A stretch of DNA of 64,000 nt from Malacoraja senta (taxonomy: Eukaryota), in NCBI GenBank assembly GCA_038087875.1, contig CM075988.1, positions 2,914,001 to 2,978,000 on the forward strand, given 5' to 3'. The position numbers were made by a program, and so were the translations under genes. A model generated the notes under the pieces. The model was not told the DNA's origin, searched no databases, and saw nothing but the letters and a program-made list of their open reading frames with translations. Positions 62,201-64,000 of this stretch are shown in pieces (position 1 is the first letter of the stretch; each line of letters starts with the position of its first letter).

Positions 62201-64000
62201 AAGTGACAAAATTACAGGACGCATAAAACAACGACATTTCAGAACACGAAAAGTAACAAAAATTTAGGACACGAAAAGCAACGAAATTTCAAAACGCGAA
62301 AAACAAAGAAAATTAAGCACGCGAAAAGCGACGAAGGTTCAGCATGCAAGAAACGATGAAAATTCCGCATGCGAAAAGTGACGAAAATTCAGCATACGAA
62401 AAGTAACAAAAATTCAGGACACGAAAAGCGCCAGTATTTCAAAAAGTGAAATGCGACGTAAATTCAGGACGCGAAAAGCGATGAAAATTCAGCACGTGAA
62501 ATGTGACTAAAATCAAGCACGCGAAAAGCAACAAACATTCAGGATGCAAAAAGCGACGAAAATTCAGCACATTAAGGGTGACGAAAATTCAGGACGCAAA
62601 AGGCGACGAAAATAAAAAACGGCAAAAACAATGTAGGACGCGAAAAGCGATGAAAATAAAGCACGTGAAAAGCGACGAAAATTCAGCACGTGGAAATCAA
62701 CGAAAATTCAGCTTGTAGAAAGCGACGAAAATTCAGCATGCGAAAAGCGATGAACCAGGACGAGAAAAGCGACGAAAATTCAGCACGCGAAAAGTGACAA
62801 AAAATTAGCACATGATAAGTGATAAAAATTCAGGACGCAAAAATGACGAAATTACAGGACGCATAAAGCAACGACATTTCAGAACACGAAAACGACGAAA
62901 TTTCAGCACATGAAAATTAACAAAAATTTAGGACGCGAAAAGCAACGGAATTTCAAAACGCAAAAAACAAAGAAAATTAGCACGCGAAAAGCGACGAAAG
63001 TTCAGCATGCAAGAAACGATGAAAATTCCGCATGCGAAAAGTGACAAAAATTCAACACAACAAAAGTAACAAAATTTCAGGACACGAAAAGCAACAGAAA
63101 TTAAAGCGTGAAATGCGATGTAAATTCAGGATGCGAAAAGCGATGAAAATTCAGCACGTGAAAAGCGACGAAAATTCAGCACGTGAAAAGCGACGAAATT
63201 TCAGGATGCGAAAAGCGATGAACCAGGACGAGAAAAGCGACGAAAATTCAGCACGCAAAAAGCGACAAAATTTCAGGACGCGATAAGTGACGAAATTACA
63301 GGACGCATAAAGCAATGACATGAAAAATCAAAACAGCAAAAGCGACGTAAATTCAGGACGCGAAAAGCGGCGAAAGTACAGGACGAGAAAAGCGACGAAA
63401 ATTCAGCACGTGAAAAGTGAACAAATTTCAGGATGCGAAAAGCGACGAAAATTCAGGACGAGAAATTTTTTGTTACTTTTCGTGTTCTGAAATGTCGTTG
63501 TTTTATGCGTCCTGTAATTTCATCACTTATCGAGTCCTGAAATTTCGTCGCTTTTTTGTGTCCTGAATTTTCGTCGCTTTTCTTGTCTGAACTTTCGTCG
63601 TTCTTCACGTTCTGAATTTACATCGCTTTTGCGGTTTTTGATTTTTCATAGCCTTTTGCGTCCTGAATTTGTATCACTTTTCATGTGCTGAATTTTTGTC
63701 GCTTTTCGCATGATGAATTTTCGTCGCTTTTCTCGTCCTGGTTCATCGCTTTTCGCATGCTAATTTTCGTCGCTTTACACAAGATGAATTTTCGTTGCAA
63801 TTCCACGTGCTGAATTTTCATCGCTTTTCACGTCCTGAATTTACATCGCTTTTGGCGTTTTGAATTTTTCGTCGCCTTTTGTGTCCTGAATTTTCGTCAC
63901 TTTTCGTATCCTGAAATTTCATCGCTTTTCGCATTTTGAAATTTCGTTGCTTTTCGTGTCCTAAATTTTTCTTACTTTTCGTGTGCTGAAATTTCATCGC
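56267..64000. repeat. Satellite DNA, ~25-bp monomer (AAAATTCAGCACGTGAAAAGCGACG), with a 996-bp higher-order repeat and a strand switch near 63465
   Basis: Read directly from the sequence. Identical or near-identical spurious ORFs recur at 56884, 57880 and 58876. Confidence 0.97.

Noticed and set aside
56267..64000. CRISPR-like array, or Lys/Arg-rich protein genes
   Set aside because: Contiguous tandem monomers with no unique spacers and no cas genes. The ORFs are translations of the satellite.
56267..64000. CENP-B box in the monomer
   Set aside because: TTCG is present on the minus strand but the downstream A..CGGG positions are not.

Overview
Eukaryotic, repeat-saturated DNA with no intact host gene. 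The repeat families present (V-SINE/HE1-like SINEs, abundant CR1, GPR139-like fragment) suggest a cartilaginous fish such as a skate or ray; this is inference. Contents in order: an L2 3' end and a 200-N gap; Tx1-like and CR1 fragments; a decayed Gypsy provirus (5127-9497); a PIF/Harbinger transposon caught in a ~5 kb tandem duplication; two more Gypsy elements whose pol is antisense to their LTRs; a hAT deletion derivative; a fragmented Rex1/Babar LINE; a nest of Crack/L2-group LINE > CR1 > intact full-length L1, plus a DIRS tyrosine-recombinase element; and ~7.7 kb of 25-bp satellite with a 996-bp higher-order repeat and a strand switch. The most unusual signal is that two independent LTR elements share one architecture: LTR, then PBS (in one case extended to ~42 nt of tRNA-Leu), then inverted pol, then LTR, with integrase-type ends. 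Also notable are dispersed ~90-130 bp repeats that begin with a minimal hammerhead-ribozyme core. All alignments were made by eye, and boundaries not defined by TSDs or TIRs are approximate.
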